Sequence record: MF360958.1 | Reading direction: 5' to 3' (one strand) | DNA: 64,000 bases | Shown here: one piece after another, positions 1 to 12,700 of the stretch | Layout: every line of letters starts with the position of its first letter | Position numbering within the stretch: position 1 is the stretch's first letter | Notes under the pieces: model-generated | The model's input: the letters and a program-made list of their open reading frames with translations, nothing else | What the model was told of the DNA's origin: nothing | The model's database searches: none | Translations under genes and position numbers: made by a program

Positions 1-2
1 AA

Positions 3-89
3 GATTATAAAATTATTGGAGAATGGTTTGAAGGTATAACATTAAAAGATATTAGAAGAAAACTTTTAATGTTTCATGATCAAGATTGA
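3..89 (+). CDS. 3' end of a CDS entering from the left edge (partial, unknown product)
   Basis: Open frame from base 3 (DYKIIGEWFEGITLKDIRRKLLMFHDQD*) ends at TGA 87-89, convergent with the 92..1690 gene. Confidence 0.4.
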   Translation, partial: DYKIIGEWFEGITLKDIRRKLLMFHDQD

Positions 90-91
90 AT

Positions 92-1690
92 TTAAACCCA
101 AGAGCTTTCTATTAAGGGTCCGAGTAGTGTTCCATTGTTTTTAAATCCAAATTTGATTTCAGAAATAAAAGGCATAATCATATTGATTTTATAAGCTTTT
201 ATTTCTAACTTTATATATTTAATATTATCATTAAATTTTGGAGTATTTTTATATAATTGTTTTAAACCTGTACCGCCTTCATATATGGGATAATTATCAA
301 TCTTATTAAAACGATGTAAATCAAATCTAGTTGATTTTCTAGATAATAAGAATGATTGACTGAAACCATATTCATTATTATCAATTTTATAATTATCAAT
401 TAATATTGATTGAGAAAAATTACCATCAAAATATTCAGCATTTATAGGGTTTTTATTTGAATCATAAAAATAAGTTTTAATTTTTATTTCATCATTATCC
501 ATTTCTCCATGAAACCAAGTAGTAAATGAATAATCTATATTTGGATCTATTTCAATATAATCACTTATCATAGATGAAAGAATATTTATAGATTGTTTTT
601 TATCTTTATATAAGAATGTTTCTTCATCCATTACAAATGGTTTGATTCCTTGATTAAAAGCATTCTTATAATCATTTTCATTTTCATAATAAAAATTTCC
701 ATAACATTCATATATATCAAAACAAGAAAGATTTTCACTATTTTTATTAAATTTAAATTTAGTATTTGTGTCAATTAAAGATTTGCCGCATTTGACTACC
801 GAAATATTTTTTATAGTTATTGATATATCTGAATCTTTATCGATTATTAATTTATAGTTCTTATTATTATTCATATATAAGATATAATCTATACTTTCCC
901 ATATATTACTATCTATTTTAAAAGATTTAATGTTATTCCCATCTTCATTAATATAAACATTTGCGTTTTTATTAGGATACTCATGTAAGTTTTCTATGTA
1001 TCCTTCAAACTGAATTCTTATATTTTGACTTATATCAATATTACTAATTGGAATTTCATAGTTTGTAGAGTTTTTTGATTTACTTTTATAATCTTCTTTA
1101 TTAACTAAATTAATTCCATAACCATTTAACCCAAAACTATGAAAATCGTGATATGGAACATTAAGTAATGCATTATCATCTTCATCATTGACGATATAAT
1201 TACCGTATTTTTCATAAACAATTCCAAGATCATTACTCATAACACAACAATATGGTATTTCATTTTTAACAAATTTATTATCTATAATTTTATTATTAGA
1301 CTCTTTTTTATTCCATAAAACGCTACCAATATTTTTAAAAGTATTTTTTAGTATTGAACTATTATCTTGTTCTAGATTGCCTGATGAAACAATACAAATT
1401 AAATACTTTGTATTTGAATTATTAATACTATTAATGAATCTCATAGCACTTTTAGATTCTTGTTCTTTCTTTATTTTAAAGAACTTTTGTCTATTTAAAG
1501 TTAAATCGGGATTTATAACAACGATAAGTAATCCATTTTCATCGTTTATTTCGCTAATAGTTTCATAATTTATAGAAACGTATGAAGAATAAGATTCATT
1601 AGAATTTGAACCTTGTAATGTTATTATATTACTGCCATAAGCAGTTGACGTTCCTTTTGTGTAAAATCCTTGATATCTTATTACTTTCAT
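92..1690 (-). CDS. Putative virion/tail-associated protein with N-terminal ILEI/PANDER (GG-type lectin)-like domain
   Basis: 532 aa, last gene of the late structural operon; N-terminal pattern GLLIVVINP..FINSI..LICIVSSG..FKNIGS..PYCCV resembles the ILEI fold. Confidence 0.5.
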   Translation of the reverse strand: MKVIRYQGFYTKGTSTAYGSNIITLQGSNSNESYSSYVSINYETISEINDENGLLIVVINPDLTLNRQKFFKIKKEQESKSAMRFINSINNSNTKYLICIVSSGNLEQDNSSILKNTFKNIGSVLWNKKESNNKIIDNKFVKNEIPYCCVMSNDLGIVYEKYGNYIVNDEDDNALLNVPYHDFHSFGLNGYGINLVNKEDYKSKSKNSTNYEIPISNIDISQNIRIQFEGYIENLHEYPNKNANVYINEDGNNIKSFKIDSNIWESIDYILYMNNNKNYKLIIDKDSDISITIKNISVVKCGKSLIDTNTKFKFNKNSENLSCFDIYECYGNFYYENENDYKNAFNQGIKPFVMDEETFLYKDKKQSINILSSMISDYIEIDPNIDYSFTTWFHGEMDNDEIKIKTYFYDSNKNPINAEYFDGNFSQSILIDNYKIDNNEYGFSQSFLLSRKSTRFDLHRFNKIDNYPIYEGGTGLKQLYKNTPKFNDNIKYIKLEIKAYKINMIMPFISEIKFGFKNNGTLLGPLIESSWV

Positions 1691-3135
1691 TAATAAAACC
1701 TGAATTCTAATGCATGATTGTTTTGATTGTATTCCATTTCAACACCATTATTGGTGTTTTCATGTTCTACTTGTAATTTTCCTTTTGTTCTTAATGTTCC
1801 AGCTGTAGCGTCAATAATATCATTTTTAACTAATAACTTTTCATTATTATTATGTTTTACAACTAAATAGTCATTATTATCAGAAGACGTGTTAAGTACA
1901 AGTCTAGTATCTTTATTATTAGAATATTCTTCTACGTATATTCTATGAGAATCATTCAATCCTTGCCATGAAATACCATAAGAATCTGTATTCTTATTAA
2001 TATCATATATTAATTCTCCTTTGATATTGGTATCATCAACTATATTTTTCACAAATATATTTCTATATTGTGATTGCATTTCACCTAAATCATAATTATT
2101 ATTTGATTCGGGATAAAAATTATGAGAATACGTGGTATCTATATAATTTACAAATAATCTATTCCATTGATTTGAACTTGAACCTAAATTGTGATTTGAA
2201 TCACTAATTGGAATTAAATCTTGTGTATTTATTGTATCTAATTTATTGATTTTTACATTATTCCAACGTTTGGTATTTGATCCAAGATTGCGATTATTAT
2301 CTATAGGAACTATACTAGATGTATTATTAACATATAAAATATTTGTATGTGTTTCTTTCCAACGTTGATTTTCAGTACCAAGTGTATGATTATCATCTGC
2401 TTCAGGATTTACATCTGAATAATATTCGCTATTAATTAATACACTATTAATTTCTTTCCAACGATAACTGTCATTACCTAATATATAAGTATTAGTTTGT
2501 TCTGGAATAAGATCTCGTGAGTTAAGTGTATCAAGCGTGCCACTATAAATTATGTTCCATCGTTTATTAGGTTGACCTAAATTATGAGATAGATGGTGTG
2601 CAGGACTTAATCTTCCATCAAGATTTCCTTCTGAATCTTTACGCAAGAATTGGGAGCTATGAAGGCCATCTAAAAGATCTGAGTTCATGGCAAATTTTAC
2701 TGTTAAATCTTCCCATTCTGTACCTCTAGATACACATAAAACTTTTTTTGATGTATCATACCAAACTTCACCTTCAGTATGATACCATGGTTTTTGGTCT
2801 GAAATAATCCATTCAAGACGTTTAAAACCTTCAGTTTTTTCATCATCATTATTATTAAATATGTTTAATATTCTAGAATTTATATGATCATTATCGTCTG
2901 TATTATACCATAATTGTCCTAAAACATGATTATATGGTACTCCGCCATCATCATCATATCCCGGTATGTTTGGACCAGCAAAGTTTTCTGTTAATCTTAA
3001 AATATTTTCGTGTAATGTTTCACCATACCTACTATAATATTGTCCAACCCAATTTAAGCCTATCTGTTTCTTGATATTACTGGTGTCAACTTTAATAGGT
3101 ATTTTTGTATCATCAGTTCTGTTTATCTCATACAT
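1690..3135 (-). CDS. Tail fibre / short-fibre-like structural protein
   Basis: N-terminus (YEINRTD..GLNWVGQYY..YGE..ENILRLTENFA..GQLWY) typical of jumbo-phage fibre proteins; six P-x5-LG-x4-RW shaft repeats; C-terminal MEYN..ALEFRFY. Confidence 0.7.
   Translation of the reverse strand: MYEINRTDDTKIPIKVDTSNIKKQIGLNWVGQYYSRYGETLHENILRLTENFAGPNIPGYDDDGGVPYNHVLGQLWYNTDDNDHINSRILNIFNNNDDEKTEGFKRLEWIISDQKPWYHTEGEVWYDTSKKVLCVSRGTEWEDLTVKFAMNSDLLDGLHSSQFLRKDSEGNLDGRLSPAHHLSHNLGQPNKRWNIIYSGTLDTLNSRDLIPEQTNTYILGNDSYRWKEINSVLINSEYYSDVNPEADDNHTLGTENQRWKETHTNILYVNNTSSIVPIDNNRNLGSNTKRWNNVKINKLDTINTQDLIPISDSNHNLGSSSNQWNRLFVNYIDTTYSHNFYPESNNNYDLGEMQSQYRNIFVKNIVDDTNIKGELIYDINKNTDSYGISWQGLNDSHRIYVEEYSNNKDTRLVLNTSSDNNDYLVVKHNNNEKLLVKNDIIDATAGTLRTKGKLQVEHENTNNGVEMEYNQNNHALEFRFY
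2053..2610 (-). repeat. Six protein-level ~33-aa fibre shaft repeats
   Basis: LSPAHHLSHNLGQPNKRW, LIPEQTNTYILGNDSYRW, VNPEADDNHTLGTENQRW, IVPIDNNRNLGSNTKRW, LIPISDSNHNLGSSSNQW, FYPESNNNYDLGEMQSQY. Confidence 0.8.
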
Positions 3136-3152
3136 TAAATTTTAATCCTTAA

Positions 3153-3749
3153 TTATAATATTTCAAATCGTAGCGTATAGTCGAATTCTAAAACACGATT
3201 TAGAGATTTCTGAATAGGATGAAAAACAATATGTGTAAGCATATATGAATCATCAATATCATCAGTATTAGTAAAAAGACCTATTTCATCAAATACAAAA
3301 TTACCACCAAATTCTATAGAATTATCCATTGGTAATTGCCCAAAAGGCTCACCCTGTTGTAAAATTAAATTTATATTTATATCCGCTATGGGACGTTGAT
3401 AAATAACAGGACTTACCTCCATATTAAATCCTTCATTATTAATATTTTTTTGATAAACTCGCTGATATAAATCAGCAAGTTCATTTCGGTTATTAGTAGT
3501 TGCAGTTGGACGATATGTAATAGAACCAGTTTCAGAAATCTCTGAACCACCATCGCCAAATGCAAACCATCCTATGGCAAATGTATTAGCGCTATCTTGA
3601 CCTACCATCGATTTTGCGATGGCATAAACCATATTACCCGGATGTATGGCATTTTTCTTATCAACTATATTATAAGGGTTATCAGGATTAGTTTTATCAT
3701 TAATCCTTAAATGCCCTATGCAACCTAAATTACCAGAATCATTAAACAT
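3153..3749 (-). CDS. Conserved baseplate/tail-collar-like structural protein
   Basis: 198 aa; motifs FAFGDGGS..ITY..LY, FDEIGL, LTHIVFHPIQKSLNR..DYTLRF seen in structural proteins next to jumbo-phage baseplate genes. Confidence 0.6.
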   Translation of the reverse strand: MFNDSGNLGCIGHLRINDKTNPDNPYNIVDKKNAIHPGNMVYAIAKSMVGQDSANTFAIGWFAFGDGGSEISETGSITYRPTATTNNRNELADLYQRVYQKNINNEGFNMEVSPVIYQRPIADININLILQQGEPFGQLPMDNSIEFGGNFVFDEIGLFTNTDDIDDSYMLTHIVFHPIQKSLNRVLEFDYTLRFEIL

Positions 3750-3769
3750 TAAAATCTCCTATTATTTTA

Positions 3770-6700
3770 TTAATCTTTGCCTGACATTATATGACCATAT
3801 TTTGGATAACTTCTTTGAGAGTTAATACCGATATATGGTTCTAAAATTGTAAATTGTGGCATTTGATTTTCAATATCAATTGGATATGCCTTTACATGGT
3901 ATTTATCTATATCAAAATATTTTCTTCCTGTACTAAATATACTACGTTTAACATCTTCTAATGTTCTATTATTATTGTTAATAGTTTTGTAATGTATAAA
4001 TTCTACAAAGCTATGTTCTAATTTATCATTATTCATACGTGACGCATATAGAGCCAATAGCTTACCATTTTCATTATTAACAGGTTTTAACTTGTCAGTA
4101 ATTGTTTCTAATTCTATACTATGTTCATCAGGATGAATATGACTTTTAACATTTATAGCATCTTTTTCATCACATTTAAATAAAAATACTTTCCCTGAAT
4201 AATTATATAAAACAAATTCTCTATATTCATGTACAGCATGTTCATGATCTGGATTATTAATATCATTAAGATAATTAGGAAGTATCATATTTGAATCATA
4301 ACCACCCTGAACATTAATCCCATAATCATCATTTTCGTTCCCACCATAACGGTCAAATGCTGAATATCTATCTGTAATAACAACTTTATCTTTATAATTA
4401 AGACTCTTATGAAATATTATTTTATTTGGTCTTAATTCGTAATGATACTGAATATTGTTTTCTTCATCATCCATAACCCACTCATCGTCATTCACAAGCA
4501 CCATTACTTGTTCTTTATGAACATTTAGATTAATTGGATATTCAGTTTCTGTTCCATCTGAATTAAATGTAACAGTTTCAAAAATATTTAAAGGAATACT
4601 AGTTTCATACCCACGGGGCACTAATTTTAAATTATTTTTATATGTAACACACATTGATTCTTTGAAGTTTAAAGATGATTTTTCTTCTGGTACACCTCTA
4701 TGTGAAGTTTCTATAAACGGTGTATTATGACGAATATTATTTGCAGAACTATTATTAAAATCACTATTAGATTCTACTAATGTTGGCTCGATATTACTTT
4801 CTTCCAGATCATCAATATAATCTTGTTCAATAATTAGTTCTCCATTGTCATTTAATTTTATAGGGGAAGTATTACTATTAATTACAAACGGAAGTTCATT
4901 TATTTCATCAATATTATGATATGGTATACCGACACCACGAATTTCAGATGATTTTTGAATGAGAGTTCGGTAATCATCTTTAGAACGAACTTTGACCACA
5001 TCACCTTTATAAAGTTTATTAACAAATTCCAAATTAGTTTTACCATTTTTTGTGTTTATTTTATAATAACGTTCATTGATATATATATCATTAATGAAAA
5101 CTGATATATTATCTTTATTATGACTATTATCAATTGAAATATTTTTCTTTGTTTTTGAATTAACAAATATTGTTTTTGTTTCATTAACAATATTTTCAAG
5201 TAAATCACTATGATGTTGTATAATAATTCGATCTATTTCTGATAATGTTTGTTTAGGATTATCGTGATTGTATAAACTATAATTTGTTAGTTTTTCTAAT
5301 GGTTTATCCGAATTATCAATATTATTTTTGATTTTTAATAATTGTTCTAAACTAAATGTTGGTAGTAATGAAATACGATCAAAAACAATAGTAGATGATT
5401 TTTGGTTAACAGTCGATTTCCAATTTTTTAAATTATCCTGATTAACAGACATATAACCACGGGTATTTTTATAATTATTCAATATATTAATATGATCGAG
5501 GTTATTGGAACGAACTGTTATATTATTATAGTAATTTATAGGTTCTTGAACAATATTATTGAATATCAAAGTATTACCTATAATTTGATAAGAATCTTTA
5601 GGTAGTTTTTGATCTTCAATATAAACCTCAATTGATTCAAGATCATGAATTTTTTGCAATTCGAACTCGTTTTGAGGACGTTCTATATCACCCGCGTTAT
5701 AATGAATAATTGCTTCATTTTTTGAAATCATACGGGGGTATATAGCTATTTCATCAAAACAAACAATATCATTAGTATTATTATTTCCAAACATTACTTC
5801 TATATCACTATTAAGGACTTCTAAAAATTCAATAGATGTTTCACTAGCTAAACGATTATTGTTATATAATCTAATATCTCCATTACTATAACCAATACTA
5901 ATATAATTTGCTTTATTGTTAAATATAAGATTTAAGTTTATTTCTATATTTTCATTTAAACTGTTTACAAATATAACTTTATATTGCCAGATATTATCTG
6001 CATCAACATCTATAACAAATTCTATAGTATTAACTTTATTATTGTTATTAAATTTAATTAGTACAAAACTATTTCTTCCTTCAGAAAGATTATTTGGAGA
6101 TGTAAACCACCATTCAATATTAAATGAATTTGTTTCAAAATTTTTCAATGTGTTAGTATAACTATAATTGGAAGTTCCGCTTAAACAAATATTATTAGTA
6201 TACGATATTCCTTCATTTTGTTCTATATTAATAATTTCTGGATTATCGTTTAATATAAAATCATTTCCATATAATCCTTGTATATTCTTATTATCTTGAA
6301 TATTATTCATAGACCAATATTCATATGGATTACTGTTCATAATTTTATGATAATAATATTCGTTTTTACGATATCTTATTTTTTCTGTAACATATTCTTG
6401 AAGAATAATTTGATCTTTATCTTCAGTAAGATATGGTGGTTTATCAAAATCAGTTACAAATAAACCAATATTTTCAGGCTCACGTGTATGAGTTCTGTTA
6501 ATAGTACGTAATTTAGTATGAAATGGTTTTGCCTCATTAACATAATCAATAATTTGTTGTTCTCTATTTTGACGATATACATTACTCTTTGTAAGAGTAT
6601 TGGTTTTTTGATTTATACTAATATATGTTGATGGATATACCCAATCATTATTCGGTTGTTCAACAAAAATTTGCTCAACTAATCTAAAGAACAATTCAAA

Positions 6701-9700
6701 TATTGTATCTTTATTTTCACCAATTAAAATATAGTTAAAGATAACGTTCAATATTCGGCGCATTTCAATTGCTTCTTGAGCCGTTAATTCGCGCTTATAA
6801 ATAATTGGATTAAAACTCAAAGCAGAACGTGTTTGAAATACCTTTTCATATGTATTGTATTCTTTTATATAACGATATATAACAGTAGTTTTTTCATTTA
6901 TATATGTGTTCTGTTCTGCTGTTTCATTAACTGCTATATGTTCTCCATCTTCTAATGGTATAGAGTTTAAAAAGTTTCTATCTTTAATTTTATTTCTAAC
7001 TATAGTATCAGGGTCAAAATCTTCTTTATACCAATCTACTAGACTATAAAGTTCAGTATCTCGTTTTACATTATCAACTCTACGTTCCCAAAATATATCA
7101 GTATCCCATAGATTAATGTATTTAAGAACATTATTAATAACTTCATAAAATATTTTTCTTGCATTTTGTGCATTATAAAACCAACTTTGACGTTTAACCC
7201 TATCATTACCATATCGATTATTTGGTGCTAGATTAGGATTTGGAACTTTTAACCCTTCTGGATTTTGATCACTGGGTTCTGTATAACCTAATAAGCTGTC
7301 TACCATATTATTAAAAAGATATTCGGGTATTTCTTTACTATTCCTAGATAATAATTTCCATTGTGAATGATTTCGACTTTGCTCATTATAACCAAGACGA
7401 TAATTTATTTGAATAACAGTATCGTTATCAACTAAATCATTATTGATATCTATTATTGAAAAGATATCATTGCGTAGAAATTGTATATAACCAGTACCAT
7501 TATTTTCAGGATATTTAATACTATTTGCAATATCCACAGCATTAACATTTCGATTAGAGGTTTCTGGTACATTAATATTATTCTTTACCCAATAATAGTA
7601 ATATTCTATATAATTATCTGTTAAAACATCATACTCACTACCTATAGTGTATTTTGTTGTATCTAAAATAACACTTTGATCTTCAATATTTTCTGGCAAT
7701 ACTTTAGTTTTAATCCATTCATAAACATGTACTTCGCTTCCGGGGAACAATGAACCCCAAAGATTATTTCTAGTTTCAATATCAAAGTTTTCATATTCAA
7801 TATAACGAAGTTTAGATGTATCAAGCCATAATGTACCTACTTTAGAATCAGTCCAATATGAATTATTATCACTATCATTTAAATGATAGTTGGCAGGATC
7901 ATATTCTGTAAAGTAATCAATATAATTAATTAAACTTGAAGGATAAAAACCTTTAATAGGATCGAATATATTCAAATGTGTTACAAGATTATTTGTGTTT
8001 GATTCATAAACAGTAATATCTTTCATAAGATTACAGTCTATGACATCTTGCTCTTTATAATCTAAATTCCATTTTCCAGAATTAAAATAATAAACAGCCC
8101 ATCTATTTCTTTTATTTTCATTTTTTATTGTTTCGAGAGCGATATCATATTGCTCTTGTATGTCTTTAAGATCTAAAGCATAATCGTATACTGAAACGTG
8201 GTCAATGTAAGGCATGTCAGATTCTGGCTCAGCAGAATCTCCAATTACAGTATACCATAAAACATTATTATCTACATTTATAACAGATGAACTTACTAAT
8301 TCTTCAAAGTTTAACCCATTAATAAATGATTCTATATGTACCTTTCCGTTTATATTTTTATAATTCAGAACTATTTGATTATAGCCACTTTCAATTATTG
8401 CATCTAATTCTTGATCAATAATATCATTAACCATATAAACAATTTTGTAAGACCATTCAGAACCCACAATAGGAGGATCAACCATTAATTGAACAGTATA
8501 TGTGTTAGAAGTATCTAAATCCACACCAACTATACTTGCTATTGTAGTACTTACTGATTGATTATACCTATATGAAAATTCACCATTATTAATCCAAAAT
8601 TGAATAGATTTTTCTTTGTTACTTAAATTAAGATGATTGCCTAAATCGGCCCAGAATGATTGAGGCCAATTATTGTTAGAAGGATCATAATTTGTACCAC
8701 CTTTAAGTGACTTATCACCTAATATTAATCCATTATTTGGATTTTCAAACGCATAATCACTATTAGTAGTTAATGAAATATCATTTATATGTCCTATGAA
8801 TGTGCTATCTTCTTTATTATCAAATGTCCAATATTCTAAAGCAGACGATTCAAGTATTGATTGTTTGTAAGAAACATTACTATTTACACTATCAATAAAA
8901 AGTTTCAATCCATCAAATACATCAATGTTATTTTTTTGAATAAACCTATCAATTGTATCTTGAATATCATTATAAATAGTATTATAAAATTTATTAATAC
9001 GTAATGGCTTCCATATAATAAAAGTTGAATTATTTAAATCATCTTTAGTTAAATCTTCATTTAATGTTATATATGTACTATTATCATATGGCAATGCTAT
9101 AAATAAATTATCATTTTCATCTACTCGTTTAAAAGTAAATGTATATTTATATCCTAGATTATATAGGCTATAGATACTATTTTCTTCTACATTGTTTAAT
9201 CTTAGAATCATACTACTAATGTCTTCTTCACCATAAATTTCTATATCTTTAACTGTTATATTTTTATCTTCTTGAGAAATATAAACATTAAAGCCATATC
9301 CAGAATAACCATCTCTCGCAATCCACGCATATTGCTTAGGCTGTAGTTCTTTACCAGAGTTAATTATTTTTGTATTTAATTCGGATAAAGAGAAAGCAGT
9401 ATAGTCCACATCATAATAATTAACATAGCCTGCGGTAGGCATAACTTTCAAATTGCTTAAACGATCTTCAGTCCAGATTTTTTCATATTGTGAAAATCTA
9501 CTAGGAAATTTTAACCATTTATCTCGATTTGATGATTCTATTAGAATATCATTGTATGAAGGAGTTATATCTTCTCCATAACCGTTATAACGAAGTATGA
9601 TATTTTGCGGTGAAGATATGTAATCCATTCTATTTAATACATACTCCGTTGTTTGGTTATTAATTAATGAACCAAATTCACCTTCTTTGAAAGCCCATTC

Positions 9701-12700
9701 TTCATTAATACCCATATTTTCGTCAGCTTCAATTTGATTAGAACGAAGAATTCTTTGAAATGCTTCTGAAGTACCTTTTTGACGAATAAATCCTGAGTAA
9801 AATTGAATTTGTGATTTTTCATCCATATTAATATTTTCAAGATAACTACGATTTTCAAAACCAATATTATGGTATTTTAATGTATTGAAAATATATTGTG
9901 TGGATATAGAATCCATATCATTAATTGTTTTTAAATCAGTTATAGAAGATTCAAAATTAGGTAATAATCTATTATCTAATATAATATATCCATTAGCTTC
10001 TAACTTACCGTTCCAATCTTTTGTTTTTCGTGCATTAACTTGTAGACGTTCTTTTCTAATACCATAAAGAGGATTATATAATACATCAGAAAATATAGTA
10101 CGATTGTTAATAACCATTGCGTGTTCATATTCTCGTACATTCACACGAGCATAATATATAGGTCTTTGTGGAGTTATTTGAAAAACATCATTTTCTCTAT
10201 TAAAAGTATTTTCAGAAGGTGTAATAATACGACTTCTGTTATCTAGTAGAGTTATTTTATTTTTATTATAATTTCTAGAAATACTTGGAACACCATGATC
10301 ACTTTTAAAACGTATATTCATAGATGATGGGGATAATGAGATAACGGAACCTTCATTTTTATTTTCATAAGCCCATTGAATAAATTCTTTAACGGATAAT
10401 TCCCAATTTTTATAAATATTACGATTTTTATCACGTTCATCAAATAACCACCCTCTAGATTCTAAATAACGACCATAAGCAATAATAAATTCAGAAACAT
10501 CTTTTTCATTTCTAAATGTAGTTCCGTAAGGAACTACATTTAGAATACTATCATCACCCTCAATGCCTACCGTTGTTTTAGCAATATTCGTATAAGGAAT
10601 ATTTTCAACAATTGTCCAATATTCATTATCAAATGACTGCCCGGATTTATGTTTTTCTAATGCTCTTATTAATTTTCCATTTGGTAACGTTCTGTATTCT
10701 CCTTGTTCATAATTGGTTAAAGGCTCCCATTGTTTTGCATCAATAGCTTCCGACTCATTTGTAATAGATGTGATTGTTTTTTTCTTTCCAGAAGTTTTTG
10801 CTGGGATTGTTTTAAACTGTGAACCATATGGATCATAACCATATACTTTAAATACAGTATATTTAGGATCGGGAGCATCAAACATTAATGCCCATTCTGA
10901 ATCAATGAATCCTCTTAGTTCCCAATAATTCGAATCTGTAGGTGGAATATTCTGTGGTGAATGATCAACTATGCAATTCCATATTGTATTATTATAAATA
11001 ACCGCACGATTTTTAACATATGTCGTTTTTTCATTCCACTCAGGATAATCATATAAGCTTTTTACATTTTTATAGTAACTATCATCATTAGAAATATAGA
11101 CTATATCGCCCTTTTGATATAGTTCTCCTTTGATAAAATTAAGGTCTTTTCTATTAGGAGCGACACGTTCTATAATAACACCACTATAAACTTCTTCTCT
11201 TATATCCTTACTTTCATGAACAAAAACATTAATATCATCTTCTGGTAAAGAACTATTAACATTTCCGCTTCTAGGATTATAGGATTCACTTATAATTCGT
11301 AGATTCTGAGTATCAATGTATCCTCCTAATTTATGACCTAAAACTACATTAATGCCATTAAATGCATCAATCATAATATCTTCAACAGATTCATCATTTT
11401 CACGTATATAATCATGTATCCATTGAGTAACACCGGGAACATAGTTATTATTTTTTTGGTTATTAATTTCATAATTAATAACATTTGGGAAAAATGTAGA
11501 ATTCTTACTATATGTTTCAAATGTATTCCATGCTTTATTAATATAATCCAGTGGTTTTAATAGATAATGAACAATTTGTTTAGCATAAAAATAATCACTT
11601 TGACGTTTCCATGATTGTTCTACTGGACCTAGATCCCCATATTCCCAAGGCTGCGAAGCATTATAATAAGTTGGATAGTTATTAAACAAACCTAATTCCA
11701 CAGGATCTTTTAATGTACCATCATTTTTAACTGGTATAAGTTCTTTTAATCCAATTCTACGATATATATTATCAACACTCATATATCTCATATTTTCAGC
11801 ATTGGATCGTTCACCTTGGCGTATTATACCTTGTTCAAGATCGTTCCAAAGTTGAACGTTATTAGATGAGTAATCTGAACCGTATTCATTATCCCACCAT
11901 GCTGGTTTAATACTGAATCCAAGCATTTCCCACGGTCTTATATCAGGTCGATGGGTGTCATATAAGTATTCATATATACCTTTCCAATGTCCGGGTAATT
12001 TACTTCCATGTAATGAATAATTATAGGTCCAAGGGTTATCTTCATCATATTGGGTATTTTTTGAATAATTAACATTGTTATTATAGGACCAAATATGAAA
12101 TATATTAAATTCTGTATTTTTAAATTGTTCTAAATCATAACTTGATTTTCTAAAGTAACCTTCTTTAAGATAATTATAATCAAAATATTTTTTTTCTGTT
12201 TCAATAAAATCTTTATCAATGCCGTTATATATTCTTTTTTCAAATTCTAATAGAATTAAATCTCTAGGATCTAAATCATTTTCTTCAATCTGATTATAGT
12301 TTGAATATACTGGCGTTTTAGAGCCATCATGTCCAATAATGAAATGTTGTTTATTTTTAAAACTGTCGTCTTCTATAATCTCAGGTTTGAATGGTTTTTC
12401 AAGACCAAATTTAGCAGGTGTCGAAGGACAAAAAGATGGATCCATATCTTCATAATAACGAATTTCATCAATATCAGAAATATCAAAACTTTTAGGAATG
12501 ATTTTAGTTTCACCTACAATATCATCAATACTTATTTCATAATCAATATCTCTAATTTTAATACCTTCATTAGTAAAAATATAAAGTTCATTGTTAATTG
12601 GTTTTGTGTCAGCAAATTCGTTTAATTTACCATTATTATCAATTTCTAAATTGATAAACTTACGATATGTTCCAAACATATATGTTTGAGAGAATGTTTG

